From: a virus
Taxonomy: Duplodnaviria; Heunggongvirae; Uroviricota; Caudoviricetes
IMG/VR virus record: IMGVR_UViG_2558860170_000008
Reading direction: 5' to 3' (one strand)
Length of the DNA stretch: 53,298 bases
Each line of letters begins with the position of its first letter. The first letter of the stretch is position 1. A model generated the notes under the pieces. That model was not told the DNA's origin. It worked only from the letters and a program-made list of their open reading frames with translations, and searched no databases. A program made the translations under genes and the position numbers. Shown piece by piece: positions 19,241 to 30,068 of this stretch.

Positions 19241-20743
19241 TCACAAAATGAAACGGATCTGCGCGGCCATGAAGCGGAACTGGTTAACCAGATCCGGTGT
19301 ACACATCACATCCAGACGGTTACGGTCTTTTGTGTTGCGCTCCACGAGCAGATTCTTTTTAAAGGTGTCCAGATTTTCGACCAGCCCGAGTTCCACCCAT
19401 TCTTCCCCCAGTGCAATCAGCTGGAGCGTCATAATCTCCGGCGTCACGATATTCTGACCGGGCCGGACGGGAGTACCGTTATCGGCCAGTTTGTGGCGCG
19501 GGAAACGCTGCGTGATAAAGGTGCGCAGGGAATAACGCAGATATGACAGGGTGTAGATGGTTTCTACATCCAGATAGCTGGGATCGCTTTCGCCGTATGC
19601 ATTCTGACGGTACATCGTCACCTGACGTTCAATCTGCACCACATCAGCGGCCGCAACGGTCACCGTGGACATGCCGGTATAAAGCAGGCTGTTTCGCTCT
19701 TCCCGCGTCAGACGATCCGGTGCTTCAGGTGCCATACGGGCAGGCAGCGCCAGTGTCTGTAATGGTCGGGCCGGATCCGTTGACAGGGAGGGCGCACAGA
19801 CCGCACAAATGGAGGCAGCCCAGACATAATCCGGCTCTGGTGCTTTAGGAATAGAAGTGCAGGTAAACAGGAAGTCATTACGGGATTCACCAAAACTGGT
19901 TGCCGTACCGAAGGTGCCGGTATGCGCCATCCAGACCATACCGTCCGACATTTTTACCGGTCCCCAGCGTTTCAGCAGTTCATCCGCCAGAATTTTGAGA
20001 TTTGCCGCATCCTTATAGGGCATGACGATGTAGTTGTACTGACGATTCCCCATCCCTGAGACGCTACGGGTGATATCGGGGTTTGTTGCCTTCTGTGTTG
20101 GCGCGACGAGCTCCAGCGTAAGACCGGCCGGTGTAGTTTCACCGTCATAATAGTTCACCCGTAAATCATGAGCTGAGCATTCACCGATAAAGCGGGCGTT
20201 AACCCCCATGCTGCCTTTAAGTCCTTCAGCATTATCACCACTGACTTCAGCTGCGATAGCAGTGAATGGCGCATCAGTGTCAGCGTTAATGACCTTAGCC
20301 AGCTCTTCCACAAGCTCTTTACCTTTTTTCCCCTTACTGACGGGCAGGAGGTAACGGCGACCGCCGATGTAAACACTTAACACCCCGTCTGCCAATGCTG
20401 TTCCAATGATATTCATCACGCATGCCCTGGACTGACCTGTTCCAGCCCCCTGTGCAATGGCATATAACTCTGTGTCAGGGTTAATGGCGATAAATTCCTC
20501 TACCATCAGTGCAATCATGGAACCTCGCCCCCAGAGTTCTCTTGCTTGTGAAGCTCGGGTAATACGTACTGGTACATCAAGCTGACCGCGCCCCTGAATG
20601 GTGGTGTCTTTCATTGCAGCCTGACCAAACAACAGTACCGCCTGACGCTGTGGTGGAGTGCCGGTCACGGCCATTGAATTATTGATTTCAATCTGTACCA
20701 GCGGAATGCGATTGTTATCGCCGATATAATCAAAGTTAATCAT
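19241..20743 (-). CDS. Contractile tail sheath protein (Mu L-like)
   Basis: 500-aa ORF in conserved position. Confidence 0.9.
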   Translation of the reverse strand: MINFDYIGDNNRIPLVQIEINNSMAVTGTPPQRQAVLLFGQAAMKDTTIQGRGQLDVPVRITRASQARELWGRGSMIALMVEEFIAINPDTELYAIAQGAGTGQSRACVMNIIGTALADGVLSVYIGGRRYLLPVSKGKKGKELVEELAKVINADTDAPFTAIAAEVSGDNAEGLKGSMGVNARFIGECSAHDLRVNYYDGETTPAGLTLELVAPTQKATNPDITRSVSGMGNRQYNYIVMPYKDAANLKILADELLKRWGPVKMSDGMVWMAHTGTFGTATSFGESRNDFLFTCTSIPKAPEPDYVWAASICAVCAPSLSTDPARPLQTLALPARMAPEAPDRLTREERNSLLYTGMSTVTVAAADVVQIERQVTMYRQNAYGESDPSYLDVETIYTLSYLRYSLRTFITQRFPRHKLADNGTPVRPGQNIVTPEIMTLQLIALGEEWVELGLVENLDTFKKNLLVERNTKDRNRLDVMCTPDLVNQFRFMAAQIRFIL

Positions 20744-21021
20744 CAGGACGTCCCCTTATCTGATGCTGCGGTTTTTTCAGCCACCGCCGCAGTTTTTTCT
20801 GCTGCCGCTCCCGCTGGTTTTGCCGCCGCGCCGGTATTACCTGTTGTGGCAGCCGGGGCAGGCTCCTCCGTTTTATCCACCACAATGACGTCACCATCAT
20901 TAAGACGGCGGCACCAGAACGGAGTGAAGGGTTTCTCTTCACCGTCCTGTGAGAGCGGAGTCATCGTGTCGGGATCGCGAATCAGGCATCCCGGCGCAGG
21001 TTTAATAAAAATGGTTGTCAT
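20743..21021 (-). CDS. Small tail/neck-associated protein (Mu gp38-like)
   Basis: 92-aa ORF with Ala-rich C-terminus, abutting the sheath gene. Confidence 0.55.
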   Translation of the reverse strand: MTTIFIKPAPGCLIRDPDTMTPLSQDGEEKPFTPFWCRRLNDGDVIVVDKTEEPAPAATTGNTGAAAKPAGAAAEKTAAVAEKTAASDKGTS

Positions 21022-21024
21022 CTG

Positions 21025-21588
21025 TTATTCCTCTGACGGTCCGGCGTTTTCACCGGCGGCAGTTGCACCAGGCAGACGGATGTGTGCCTTAAACTCCGGC
21101 GTGCCTTCCGGTTCGGTAAAGGTTTCGTAATGGCGCAGGAAATCATCCAGCGAGCTGATATCCGTCAGCGGGTCGATCATTTCCTCGCATGAGAAATACA
21201 GGGCGTACATCACGGCACCGCTGCCTGCCTGCGTTTCGGTGTAACCGTTGACCGCCTTTTCAAAGTAAAGCGGTGAGGTTTTTTCTGCTCTGAAGCCGTC
21301 CAGCAAGGTAATCAGGCGGGCCACAATCTGATAAAGCCCGGGACGGCTGACCTCACGGCCATTGAGCATGTCGCCGATGACGTAGAACACCCAGTGACTG
21401 ACCAGACGCCCACGGGTACGCCCTTCACCGGCACCCAGCCAGGCAACATAGATAGCCGGGGCGTTAATCAGCATGGTACGCAGTACGCTGTCGCTCCAGT
21501 CGCCGGGATGTGTGTCAACAGACACCAGTTCATTCCCGAAATACTCACGGATACGGGCGATGTACGCTTGCTCGGTTTCCGTAATCAT
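21025..21588 (-). CDS. Head-tail joining/neck protein (Mu gp37-like)
   Basis: 187-aa ORF in conserved position. Confidence 0.65.
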   Translation of the reverse strand: MITETEQAYIARIREYFGNELVSVDTHPGDWSDSVLRTMLINAPAIYVAWLGAGEGRTRGRLVSHWVFYVIGDMLNGREVSRPGLYQIVARLITLLDGFRAEKTSPLYFEKAVNGYTETQAGSGAVMYALYFSCEEMIDPLTDISSLDDFLRHYETFTEPEGTPEFKAHIRLPGATAAGENAGPSEE

Positions 21589-22004
21589 ATAAAGCCCTTC
21601 TGGTTGCGCCCGAACACCGCCGCATCAGACTGCACCTGCGGTAAATCCCCGGATTCAGGGGCCGCACCGTCTGTATCCACGCCGACCGGCACGTTACCGT
21701 TCATGACATCTTTCAGCCAGGCCAGCGCCTCACGGTAACGGTCACGCGCCTGATCGGATGCCCGCTGATCGCACAGGTAATAAAAGGCAATCGTGCAGCA
21801 ATGCTGAACAAGGACCGCCGGAACCACCGCCAGCGGCAGCGTGTAACGGGCAGACAGGTAACTGTCGATAAGGGCAGACGCGTCCGTCAGTGCCCGGTTC
21901 AGCTTGCGTGTGTCCGGCTCATCCGAACGGGGCACGGCCAGTAATGGCCTGAGCAAATCCTCGCGGTAACGTGCCCGCATATCGGTTTCGGTGGCGTAAT
22001 TCAT
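21585..22004 (-). CDS. Head completion protein (Mu gp36-like)
   Basis: 139-aa ORF, 4-bp overlap with neighbours. Confidence 0.65.
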   Translation of the reverse strand: MNYATETDMRARYREDLLRPLLAVPRSDEPDTRKLNRALTDASALIDSYLSARYTLPLAVVPAVLVQHCCTIAFYYLCDQRASDQARDRYREALAWLKDVMNGNVPVGVDTDGAAPESGDLPQVQSDAAVFGRNQKGFI

Positions 22005-22354
22005 GCGCGAGCCTTTTTCGCCTGTCTGGCGTTATTGCCGGTCTTTTTCCGGGGAGCATCCTGTCCGGCTTCGGCTAAATCTGCACCGGTCTCTGCATGA
22101 ACCACACCCGCCACGGCTCCCGCATCATCACCAGGCGTCTGTAGTATTCGTACAGTGAGGCATGGCTCCGCTTCCAGTCGGGCAAGCTGCTCCGGGGTGA
22201 CGTCAACCTGCTGGCGTCCCCGCATGAACAGGAACCCCGCACGACGAAACTGCGCACGACTGCAACGCACTTCTGCCAGTACCGTGACAGGACTGTCACC
22301 ACTGACCTGAAGGCCTGAATCATCTGTTGCTGCCACAGTGTGATGTTCATTCAT
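22001..22354 (-). CDS. Hypothetical head-module protein (Mu gp35-like position)
   Basis: 117-aa ORF downstream of the major head gene; the alternative overlapping frame 22075..22350 is judged less likely. Confidence 0.5.
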   Translation of the reverse strand: MNEHHTVAATDDSGLQVSGDSPVTVLAEVRCSRAQFRRAGFLFMRGRQQVDVTPEQLARLEAEPCLTVRILQTPGDDAGAVAGVVHAETGADLAEAGQDAPRKKTGNNARQAKKARA

Positions 22355-22397
22355 ATTTGCCCTCCGCAGGGGCCGGGCCGTAAGCCCGGCTCACCGT

Positions 22398-23345
22398 TTA
22401 CAGATAATCCGCGACAACCAGCTCCAGCTTGCCCTTCATCTCGTTAGAGACGGTGGTGTTACCGTCCGCGAACAGCTCGCGCTCCAGCAGCTGCACCGCC
22501 TGTTTTTCCAGCGAGGTGGGGACAACAATATGGGTGGGTTTGATGCCGAGTTTGCGGCCACCGTCAGCCTTAAAGTCACGCATGGCTGACCAGCCGTGCC
22601 ACAGCGCATCCAGCGTCAGCGGTGACTGCATCATGTAGGCCATCTGCCAGAAGCCGTAGCCCACATTGCGACGGGCGGAAGCACCGAACACAAACTCGTT
22701 ATCAGTAAACGCACGGCCTTCATCGACTTTTGTCTGGGCAACCAGTTCGGCCTTGCGGCGATCCTGATAAATCAGCGGTTTTACCGCGCGGGAGCAGTCA
22801 AGCAGATACCAGGCCGGGCCGCTGTAATCCGCCTGTGCACCGACAGAGCCGGTTTTTGCCACAAACATATTGCTGACCATCTGTGCATCACCGGAGCCAT
22901 CCACTTTGGGGTAAACAGGGTGTTCGGTATCAAAGAAGTTCTGGCCGTCATAGCAGGCCGCATTCAGACCATCACGCAGTGCAGCAAAGACCAGTTCATC
23001 CGGTTGTGCCGCCGCAGCGCGCCCCATCTCCTGGAACAACGGGGAGTAGATGCCAAGATTGTCGTCTTCAAAGTCATCGCGGCTAATGGCAACGGTGCCT
23101 TCAAAGGTTTTGTTCACGATGGCGTAGCCATAGGCTTTCATCTTCTCGATGACGCGGGAGCCGATCCACTCACGGAACTGCGGGAACTGCCCCAGCCAGC
23201 CGTAGGTGTTGGATTTCGACGTGGACGGTACGGTCATCGCAATTTTCTGGTACTGAGACGGAGCCATGGACATCCCGGCCTGAAAATCAGAACGGTAGCC
23301 CGTCATCAGGGCGGTGATCATCGCCGGTGTGATCGGGGTAGGCAT
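22398..23345 (-). CDS. Major head (capsid) protein (Mu T-like)
   Basis: 315-aa ORF directly after the protease/scaffold gene. Confidence 0.9.
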   Translation of the reverse strand: MPTPITPAMITALMTGYRSDFQAGMSMAPSQYQKIAMTVPSTSKSNTYGWLGQFPQFREWIGSRVIEKMKAYGYAIVNKTFEGTVAISRDDFEDDNLGIYSPLFQEMGRAAAAQPDELVFAALRDGLNAACYDGQNFFDTEHPVYPKVDGSGDAQMVSNMFVAKTGSVGAQADYSGPAWYLLDCSRAVKPLIYQDRRKAELVAQTKVDEGRAFTDNEFVFGASARRNVGYGFWQMAYMMQSPLTLDALWHGWSAMRDFKADGGRKLGIKPTHIVVPTSLEKQAVQLLERELFADGNTTVSNEMKGKLELVVADYL

Positions 23346-24469
23346 TATTGCATTTCCTCTTTCATTTTCAGGAACTCGGCTTCGGTTTTACCCAGCAGAT
23401 GGGCGGCGGCGATATCTTCAGCCGACAGCGCAGCGGTGGCGGTCTTTTTATCCGGCACGGTTACGGTGTCGGTCTGAAGAGTGGTCAGAGCCGCAACCGG
23501 CTGGCGGGCGTCAAGCTGTGCAGAAAGTGCCGCAACACCAATCTGTTGTCCGAGTCCTTCCATGTATCCGCGTTCGCTTTTGAAAATGCGTCCTTCGGAC
23601 TCGGCCTTATCCAGCAACTGCTCCAGCGTGGTGCTGCCGTGTTGTGCCGACAACGCGACATATTCGGTACGCAGGGCGTTATACGTCTCAACGGGCACGT
23701 ATTTCGTCAGATCAATAGTGCCGCCAGTTGGTGTGCCTTTTGCGGTTTCCAGCTCTGCCGACAGGCTGGCAACCTGCGTTTTCAGGGTGTCGTGCGCATC
23801 CGCACGGGTTTTGATCCCGGTAAGGGCAGACAGCGCCGCCGTGCCCAGTTCCGGTGTAAATTCGTCACCGTCGGCCACGGTCAGACCGAGCGCCGTCAGC
23901 AACTGGCGTAATTGCTCATTCATGGAGGTGTCCTTTAAAGGAGGGTTTAAGGCGTTATAAAGGTCATCCGCCGACAGTGCGGCGACAGGATTCATGCCAG
24001 TCAGACCGGGGTCACCGGTAATAGCCAGCATCCGAAGCTCAACAGGTTCACCGGTGATTTCGTCATAACCAATCACCGGGGAAAACCAGGGAAATTCGTT
24101 ATTGCGCAGGTGTTCAATGGCCGGAGGGTTCCAGTCCGGACGCACTTCAAAACCCCGCTCTTCACTGAAGCGGAAGTTTTCCGGTGAGGCCATGACAAAA
24201 CCGGCAGCCGGTGCCGGATGCCCCTTAATCAGGGTCTGGTGGTTGTAGTCAATTTTTACCGGCTGATTGAGCGCCACAACCCGGGATACCATGCGCTCAA
24301 CGGCCGCATGGTTAATCAGCCAGCCTTCCGCCGGTTTTTCCGGGCGACCGTCACGGGCCTTTACCCGACCGGCTGGCATGATCTGACACCAGTCACCGTC
24401 CCCGTCTGCGGACAGGCTGATGGCATTCAGAATGGCATAAGCAAGTTTGGGCGTGTTTTTCGTCTTCAT
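23345..24469 (-). CDS. Head maturation protease/scaffold protein (Mu I-like)
   Basis: 374-aa ORF; C-terminal half Ala/Leu/Thr-rich with coiled-coil character, as in scaffold domains. Confidence 0.85.
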   Translation of the reverse strand: MKTKNTPKLAYAILNAISLSADGDGDWCQIMPAGRVKARDGRPEKPAEGWLINHAAVERMVSRVVALNQPVKIDYNHQTLIKGHPAPAAGFVMASPENFRFSEERGFEVRPDWNPPAIEHLRNNEFPWFSPVIGYDEITGEPVELRMLAITGDPGLTGMNPVAALSADDLYNALNPPLKDTSMNEQLRQLLTALGLTVADGDEFTPELGTAALSALTGIKTRADAHDTLKTQVASLSAELETAKGTPTGGTIDLTKYVPVETYNALRTEYVALSAQHGSTTLEQLLDKAESEGRIFKSERGYMEGLGQQIGVAALSAQLDARQPVAALTTLQTDTVTVPDKKTATAALSAEDIAAAHLLGKTEAEFLKMKEEMQ

Positions 24470-24646
24470 TCCGGCAGCATAAGCCGGTGTTTTTCGGGGC
24501 CGGTTTTGCGGGACTTCAGAAAGTGCTGACAGGGGAAAAATGAGAAAGGCGCTTCACGCAGATTTTAAAGCCCGTTAAATACAGGTTAGAAAATCACGAC
24601 ACGCGCCTGAAGAGGGTAAGGCAATGCGTTTGTATACCTTAAACCA

Positions 24647-25120
24647 TTACGGCGTTTCTGTGGCCTTTTTAAAGCGTTTTCTGATTTCGTCCATGATCTC
24701 CTGTTCTGCCACCTGATCAAAGCCCATATACGGACGTGCGCCAATGGCCGCCGGTCCCGGTGGCATACCAGGCAGGCCACCCCACTGATGAATGGCCGCA
24801 TAAGGTTCATTTGATCCAATCAGCGCCCAGGTATCGCCATAATCCGTGGTCAGGCGGCGGGCCAGATCGCCGTTCAATGTCAGGATTTTGCCGGGCGTGT
24901 ATCCCTTACGGGTACGCCACTTGCGGTAAGGATCTGACCAGTCATGCCAGCGTTCGCCGTCCGGCTCTTTTTCCTGTTCAAACGCCATTTCTGACGATGA
25001 CAGAAGACTCTCCGCCACACTGCGGGCCAGGTCTTTTCCGCCGCCCACAAACTGAAGCCGGGCAAACACCCGCTGGAGACGCGTAACGTCAACAACGACA
25101 GCGGCATCAATGGATGACAT
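24647..25120 (-). CDS. Virion morphogenesis protein (Mu G-like)
   Basis: 157-aa ORF between the F-like and I-like genes. Confidence 0.75.
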   Translation of the reverse strand: MSSIDAAVVVDVTRLQRVFARLQFVGGGKDLARSVAESLLSSSEMAFEQEKEPDGERWHDWSDPYRKWRTRKGYTPGKILTLNGDLARRLTTDYGDTWALIGSNEPYAAIHQWGGLPGMPPGPAAIGARPYMGFDQVAEQEIMDEIRKRFKKATETP

Positions 25121-25241
25121 ATTGCCTCCGCATAAAGGATGAATATAAAATAAACAGGCGGTCAGTGTACGCTTAACTGGTAAAGTCGGTGCCTGCCTCC
25201 GGGTGGATCATGTATGCGGGTTCGACCCCCGCCACTGACCG

Positions 25242-26573
25242 TTAATCAATTTGTCCTTCCAGCACCTCAAGCATTCCGCCCCGGATATCCGATTTCAGCT
25301 TATCCATATTGATAACCCGGTAAGCATTCACAATCACATCCAGTTTGTCGGGCTGACGTTTCAGACTGTACGGTGCATTAACGGCAATCTGCACACTGCC
25401 ATCCTTATTTTCCACGATATACATCAGATTTTTGTGCCGTTTGTCCCACAGCACCGCTTTTGGCTTTGCCAGCATTGCCGGTAAGCGCCCGAAGTCCTCT
25501 GACATCAGGGCGATGCCGTCATTCTGATGTTTCACACTGTCTGCATGGAGCACATTTTTACCGCTCATCGCCAGCAGGCGGGCCGGTGGCGTTCCCGTCC
25601 GGCTTTCCACTGCCTGCGCAATGCTTTCAGTCATAAAGCCCAGCGTGCGGATATCGTTACCACCTCGCCGGGTCTGCATGATGTTTTTTGCCCAGATGCG
25701 GAACGCCAGCTGCCGCTCCGGGCTGTTGTTCATCTCCTGAACCACCATTTCCCGTAACGCCGGGCTTTTCACCTCGATCAGTTTGCGGATCAGCGCCTGG
25801 TCTGTGCCGAACGCTGCCGAGCCGGGGTTATATGACCAGCCCACATCCGGTGTCATGGTTCTGGTGCCATCTGAATATGTGGTCACCGGCATTTCTCTGA
25901 CTTCTCCGGTCTGTTTATCCACGCCAGCCTCAACATTGCGGGTGGAGAGATGATCCTCACCGGATGAAACGGATAACCCCATTGCATCCAGACGAGCCTG
26001 AGACAATGGCCGCACACGGCAGCGGCAGTTCCAGCCATTAGGTGGGTAGTGTGTTTTCCAGAACGGATCGTCATAGCGGAATACCAGACCGTTAAGGGCG
26101 GAATGCGACGGGCGGGTACGGCTGTCCATGACCGCCACATACTGCCAGAACGGATGCGTGTCCGTGTTGTTCATCATCTGCGTGTAACGCCCGGCATTGT
26201 AAGCCACCCGGGTGTTCACGTTGTAAATCAGCGCCAGACGACGGGGACTGCCCAGTTGCACTTCTTCCGCGTTACCGTCGCTGTCCACCACAATCTGCTT
26301 TCCCCACCATCCCAGCTTTTGCAGGCGTGGCGTCAGCGTGCGGATAAATGCTTTCTGTGAAATTCCCTCATCAATGGCCCGCTGCACTTCGGCCTGTAAC
26401 GTGGTCACCACATCCAGGCGTGCCGCTTTTGCTGCCGTGAATGAGCGGGCATGAACATCCGCGGCTGTTTCGAACCAGTTCCAGCTGATATGCGCCCCTT
26501 TGACACGGAAGTATGCTACCGCCTCTTTTGAGGGAAGCGTGGCGGCATAACCTAAATCAATCCCCTGTGTCAT
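25242..26573 (-). CDS. Head morphogenesis protein (Mu F-like)
   Basis: 443-aa ORF overlapping the portal gene end. Confidence 0.85.
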   Translation of the reverse strand: MTQGIDLGYAATLPSKEAVAYFRVKGAHISWNWFETAADVHARSFTAAKAARLDVVTTLQAEVQRAIDEGISQKAFIRTLTPRLQKLGWWGKQIVVDSDGNAEEVQLGSPRRLALIYNVNTRVAYNAGRYTQMMNNTDTHPFWQYVAVMDSRTRPSHSALNGLVFRYDDPFWKTHYPPNGWNCRCRVRPLSQARLDAMGLSVSSGEDHLSTRNVEAGVDKQTGEVREMPVTTYSDGTRTMTPDVGWSYNPGSAAFGTDQALIRKLIEVKSPALREMVVQEMNNSPERQLAFRIWAKNIMQTRRGGNDIRTLGFMTESIAQAVESRTGTPPARLLAMSGKNVLHADSVKHQNDGIALMSEDFGRLPAMLAKPKAVLWDKRHKNLMYIVENKDGSVQIAVNAPYSLKRQPDKLDVIVNAYRVINMDKLKSDIRGGMLEVLEGQID

Positions 26574-28146
26574 CCAGCATCCCCTTCATTTCCGCAGCAA
26601 ACATGGCATCACTGAGCAGCGTCATCAGGCGGGAATCATCCATTTCACGATAAAGGGCAGGCAGGTCTGCCAGCGCATCCGCCAGCCCCCGCGTTCTGAT
26701 GGCATCAATGACCGGCTCCAGTACCGGGTCGATGGCCTCCTGTAAGCGGCGGGCAGGCACCGCGTCCCCCATATCATCCAGTTCATCACGCGGCGTGCTT
26801 TTCGCTTCCGGCAGTCTGGCTGACAGCGCCGTCTGCTCTGTTTTTTCCTGTTTTTCCGGTGGTGTTTCCCTGTCGGTCTGAGCCGGTTCATTGCCACTCT
26901 GACGGACACGGAATATGGCTTCACCGGGCGTGGGCTGCGGAATACCGGTCTGCTCACGTATCCAGGGATCAGAAATATCCATCCCCGTACTGAGCTGCAT
27001 CACCGCACTGGTGATTTTGGTGATATCACCTGGTTCTTTTGTCTGGAAGCAGATACGTGGCAGACGGCGGATATCAATAGTGTGCGTGGTGTTCAGGGCG
27101 TACAGCGGATACACCAGATCGCGGTTCAGGGTTGCAGCCAGCTGTCGTAAATCAGAATCCCTGATTTCCCGGCGCACCTCGTTATGTACCTCACCCAGTG
27201 AGCGCGCGCCTTTGTCTCCGGCTTCCGTGGTCAGCGTGCCGCCGAGTATTGCTTTGGAGATGGAACGCTCCCCCCACGAAATCATGGTTTCAAACGGATC
27301 GGCCTGACCGTTCGCTGCCGCCTGAAACTCCAGCGACATCCCGGCCGGGATGATCCCGCCTGTACGTCGCCCGATATCCATCACCGCCCGCATCAGGGCA
27401 CTTTTCTGCTCCGGTGTTGCCCCGGACGGGTATTTCCCGACCTTCATCGGCAGGCCGTACACCTCCAGAAATTCCGCCAGATCGCGCACGGAATAGTTTT
27501 TGAAAATGAACGGCCAGATAAGCGTCCGGACAAGCCCGGTTGCACCACCGTAACCGGTGCGTGAACGCGACTGATGCACTATCCAGCCAAAGGGCTGAAA
27601 CGCCACCCCGGAATGGCTGCCGTCACGCAGCCGCAGTTCGCTCAAATCATCCGGGTTAAGGCAGAAATGCCCGCTGTCACGCCAGCGGATGGCGCGGATG
27701 ATGTGCATTTTACCGAGCATCCCGTGCTCAATTTCCATGCAGGAATAGCCCTTCAGGATGGCATCCGTGGCGTCAAACAGCATGGCATCAAACCAGTCTG
27801 CGGAATGCAGATATTCGTCGAGCATTTCCGCGTCCTTTTTCTCATTCGCGCTGGCGTTCGGTGGCGGCTCAATACTCCATGGCACCCCCTGAATGGCAAG
27901 ACGTCGCTTGCCCAGCTCCGCAAAAAGGTGGGTGTCCTTTTCTTCAATATCAGCGGCCAGATCGGACTGGGCAATCAGATCGCCACGTTCAGCCCCGCGA
28001 AGGCACTGCGCCGCCCGGTTCGGGGTGATACCCGAAGCCGGATGTTCAATATAACGGCTGGCAATCTGCGGAATATCCAGCGCGGCACTCTGCATCTCCG
28101 GGTCAAAGGAGAAAGGTTTTCCGTCAGTATCAATGATGCGTCCCAC
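26557..28146 (-). CDS. Portal protein (Mu H/gp29-like)
   Basis: 529-aa ORF directly downstream of the large terminase gene. Confidence 0.9.
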   Translation of the reverse strand: MGRIIDTDGKPFSFDPEMQSAALDIPQIASRYIEHPASGITPNRAAQCLRGAERGDLIAQSDLAADIEEKDTHLFAELGKRRLAIQGVPWSIEPPPNASANEKKDAEMLDEYLHSADWFDAMLFDATDAILKGYSCMEIEHGMLGKMHIIRAIRWRDSGHFCLNPDDLSELRLRDGSHSGVAFQPFGWIVHQSRSRTGYGGATGLVRTLIWPFIFKNYSVRDLAEFLEVYGLPMKVGKYPSGATPEQKSALMRAVMDIGRRTGGIIPAGMSLEFQAAANGQADPFETMISWGERSISKAILGGTLTTEAGDKGARSLGEVHNEVRREIRDSDLRQLAATLNRDLVYPLYALNTTHTIDIRRLPRICFQTKEPGDITKITSAVMQLSTGMDISDPWIREQTGIPQPTPGEAIFRVRQSGNEPAQTDRETPPEKQEKTEQTALSARLPEAKSTPRDELDDMGDAVPARRLQEAIDPVLEPVIDAIRTRGLADALADLPALYREMDDSRLMTLLSDAMFAAEMKGMLDDTGD

Positions 28147-29810
28147 TACCAGCCCCCCCGATCAAATTCATGATATGCCTCATCGTCATCACGATAACCG
28201 CCCTCCATTGCCCGCGACCGCTCCGGTAGCGCCTGACAGGCTGATTCATCCAGGATGAAGCCCTCCATGTATGACGCCCGGTTTGCCATACAGAGCGCCA
28301 CGGCAAAATCACCATGGCGGCGGGCGTTCGCAGCCGTTGCGTTCTGGTCCTTCGTGCGCCCCTTGTCGATTTGCGGGATACCATTCACTACCTTCACATG
28401 GCGCAAATCATCAAGCGTGGTCTGATGGCGGGCGACGAGGATATTCTGATCTTCAAACTCGGCTTTCAGTTTTGGCATCCACTCGCCGTACCACTTCGGC
28501 GACAACATCACGCAGTCGATGATGTCCGGGCCAAAGGCCAGCAGTGCGGCCTCTGCCAGATAGCCGCCGTTACCGGTGGCGTCGAACGCCGCACCGACCA
28601 GCGCCGGAACGCGGGTCAGGATGTACATCATCACCTGTTCCTGCTGGGCATACGGCAGGTTGCGCAGCTCCACGCGAAACACCTCGCGCTTTGCCAGGGA
28701 TTCGGTGATTTCCAGCAGCACAAAGCAGGACAGGTCACCGGTGCGGGCAAAGTCTTCCCCGAAGCTGAAGCGGGAACGGGGATTTAATTTCTCTAAAAGC
28801 GGTTTTAAATGTTCTTCACACCAGGTTAAAACTTCCGATTCACGCAGCCATGCGGCACGGCTGATGAAGTTGTCCGGGGCTTCAAACGTCAGAATCGGGA
28901 TGTCGCGGATCATCGCCATTTCAATAAGCGCGTGGGGGATATAGGCACCGCCGGATTTTTTCGGGATACAGCCGTATTCCTCGTCGGCATCCTCACGGGT
29001 CGGGGCATTTTTGTAGAGATCATCACGCCATTTCTGCTCGCTTTCCGGTGACCATTCCTGATCGGTGACGTAACAGATACGACGGTACAGCCCGTCCGCA
29101 ATGGCATCATCCAGGGTTATGCGGTGGACGCTGTAATCCTTGCGCCCCTCGCGGGCTTCCTGAATGTACTGATTAAACAGATTATCGACGCCGTTATGCG
29201 TGGAGATAATACGCACGCGCGCGCCCCACATAGTGAGCGCCATTGCCGCCTTGAGAAGTTCATCCAGCGACTCGTGGAACGCGGCTTCATCAATCACCAC
29301 ATCCCCCTGAAGGCCGCGCAGGTTTGACGGACGGGAAGACAATGCCTGAATTTTGAATCCACTGTTCGGAAAGCGGATCATGTAGGTCAAAATTTCTTCT
29401 TTTTTATCCCGATCCCAGAATGTCTGCTCATACACATCAGCATCTGCCAGCTGGTTAAAGGCACGGGAGAACAGCGCGCAGGCAGAAATATATTCCAGCG
29501 CCATCTCCTGCTTTGATCCCACATAAAACACATTGCGGCCACCACGACGCTTCGGTTTTGCAGCAGTAATGACGTTACGCCCGGCTTCCGCCCAGGTAAG
29601 ACCGGTGCGGCGGGATTTTTCCGCAATGCAGACCTGACTTTCATCCTCAAACCAGCGGGCCTGATAATCCAGAAACACCGGCATATCACCGGGCAAATCA
29701 AGTCTGTCCGGCACATCCACGCCCAGCAGGGCTTTTTCACCGGACAGATCAATTTTGCGGGGAGGCGTCATTTGTATCAGTGAAGGAGACGTTTCTTTGG
29801 CTTTGTTCAT
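28146..29810 (-). CDS. Terminase large subunit
   Basis: 554-aa ORF; position and size fit the Mu-type large terminase. Confidence 0.9.
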   Translation of the reverse strand: MNKAKETSPSLIQMTPPRKIDLSGEKALLGVDVPDRLDLPGDMPVFLDYQARWFEDESQVCIAEKSRRTGLTWAEAGRNVITAAKPKRRGGRNVFYVGSKQEMALEYISACALFSRAFNQLADADVYEQTFWDRDKKEEILTYMIRFPNSGFKIQALSSRPSNLRGLQGDVVIDEAAFHESLDELLKAAMALTMWGARVRIISTHNGVDNLFNQYIQEAREGRKDYSVHRITLDDAIADGLYRRICYVTDQEWSPESEQKWRDDLYKNAPTREDADEEYGCIPKKSGGAYIPHALIEMAMIRDIPILTFEAPDNFISRAAWLRESEVLTWCEEHLKPLLEKLNPRSRFSFGEDFARTGDLSCFVLLEITESLAKREVFRVELRNLPYAQQEQVMMYILTRVPALVGAAFDATGNGGYLAEAALLAFGPDIIDCVMLSPKWYGEWMPKLKAEFEDQNILVARHQTTLDDLRHVKVVNGIPQIDKGRTKDQNATAANARRHGDFAVALCMANRASYMEGFILDESACQALPERSRAMEGGYRDDDEAYHEFDRGGW

Positions 29811-30058
29811 CAGGCTTTACCTGTCAGAATGCTTTTGATTCGGAACTCAAGCTCTTCAGTCATCACGTCCACGCCACTCAACTCATCAGTGACAGCCTCT
29901 GCCAGCAGCGAATGCAGTTGTTCCAGGGATATTTCCCCGGCAATGCTGAGTTCAGTCAACTCACGACACGCTTTTATGGTTTCAGGAGGTAACTGTGTTG
30001 CAAGACTGAATGCCTTCTGATGAGCACTACTCATCAGTGAGCGGTTATCTGTTACCAC
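29810..30058 (-). CDS. Small protein; divergent paralog of the C-terminal tail of the small terminase-like protein
   Basis: C-terminus EAVTDELSGVDVMTEELEFRIKSILTGKA versus NAVTDELRGVDGMSEQIEFRIRQMLLGKA at the end of 30069..30650. Confidence 0.5.
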   Translation of the reverse strand: MVTDNRSLMSSAHQKAFSLATQLPPETIKACRELTELSIAGEISLEQLHSLLAEAVTDELSGVDVMTEELEFRIKSILTGKA

Positions 30059-30068
30059 GATTCACCTC

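Noticed and set aside
22075-22350. Alternative 91-aa frame overlapping 22001..22354
   Set aside because: Same locus, different frame; the 117-aa frame has the more protein-like composition and sits better with neighbouring gene ends.
23348-24529. Plus-strand ORFs of 100-190 aa overlapping the protease/scaffold and major head genes
   Set aside because: Antisense to well-supported structural genes; no ribosome-binding sites or operon logic.
25150-25240. tRNA-like hairpin (GCGGG-TTCGACC-CCCGC with flanking GGTCAGTG...CACTGACC) in the F-G intergenic gap
   Set aside because: I could not fold a consistent D-arm or anticodon arm by hand; most likely an intergenic hairpin. A tRNA scan would settle it.
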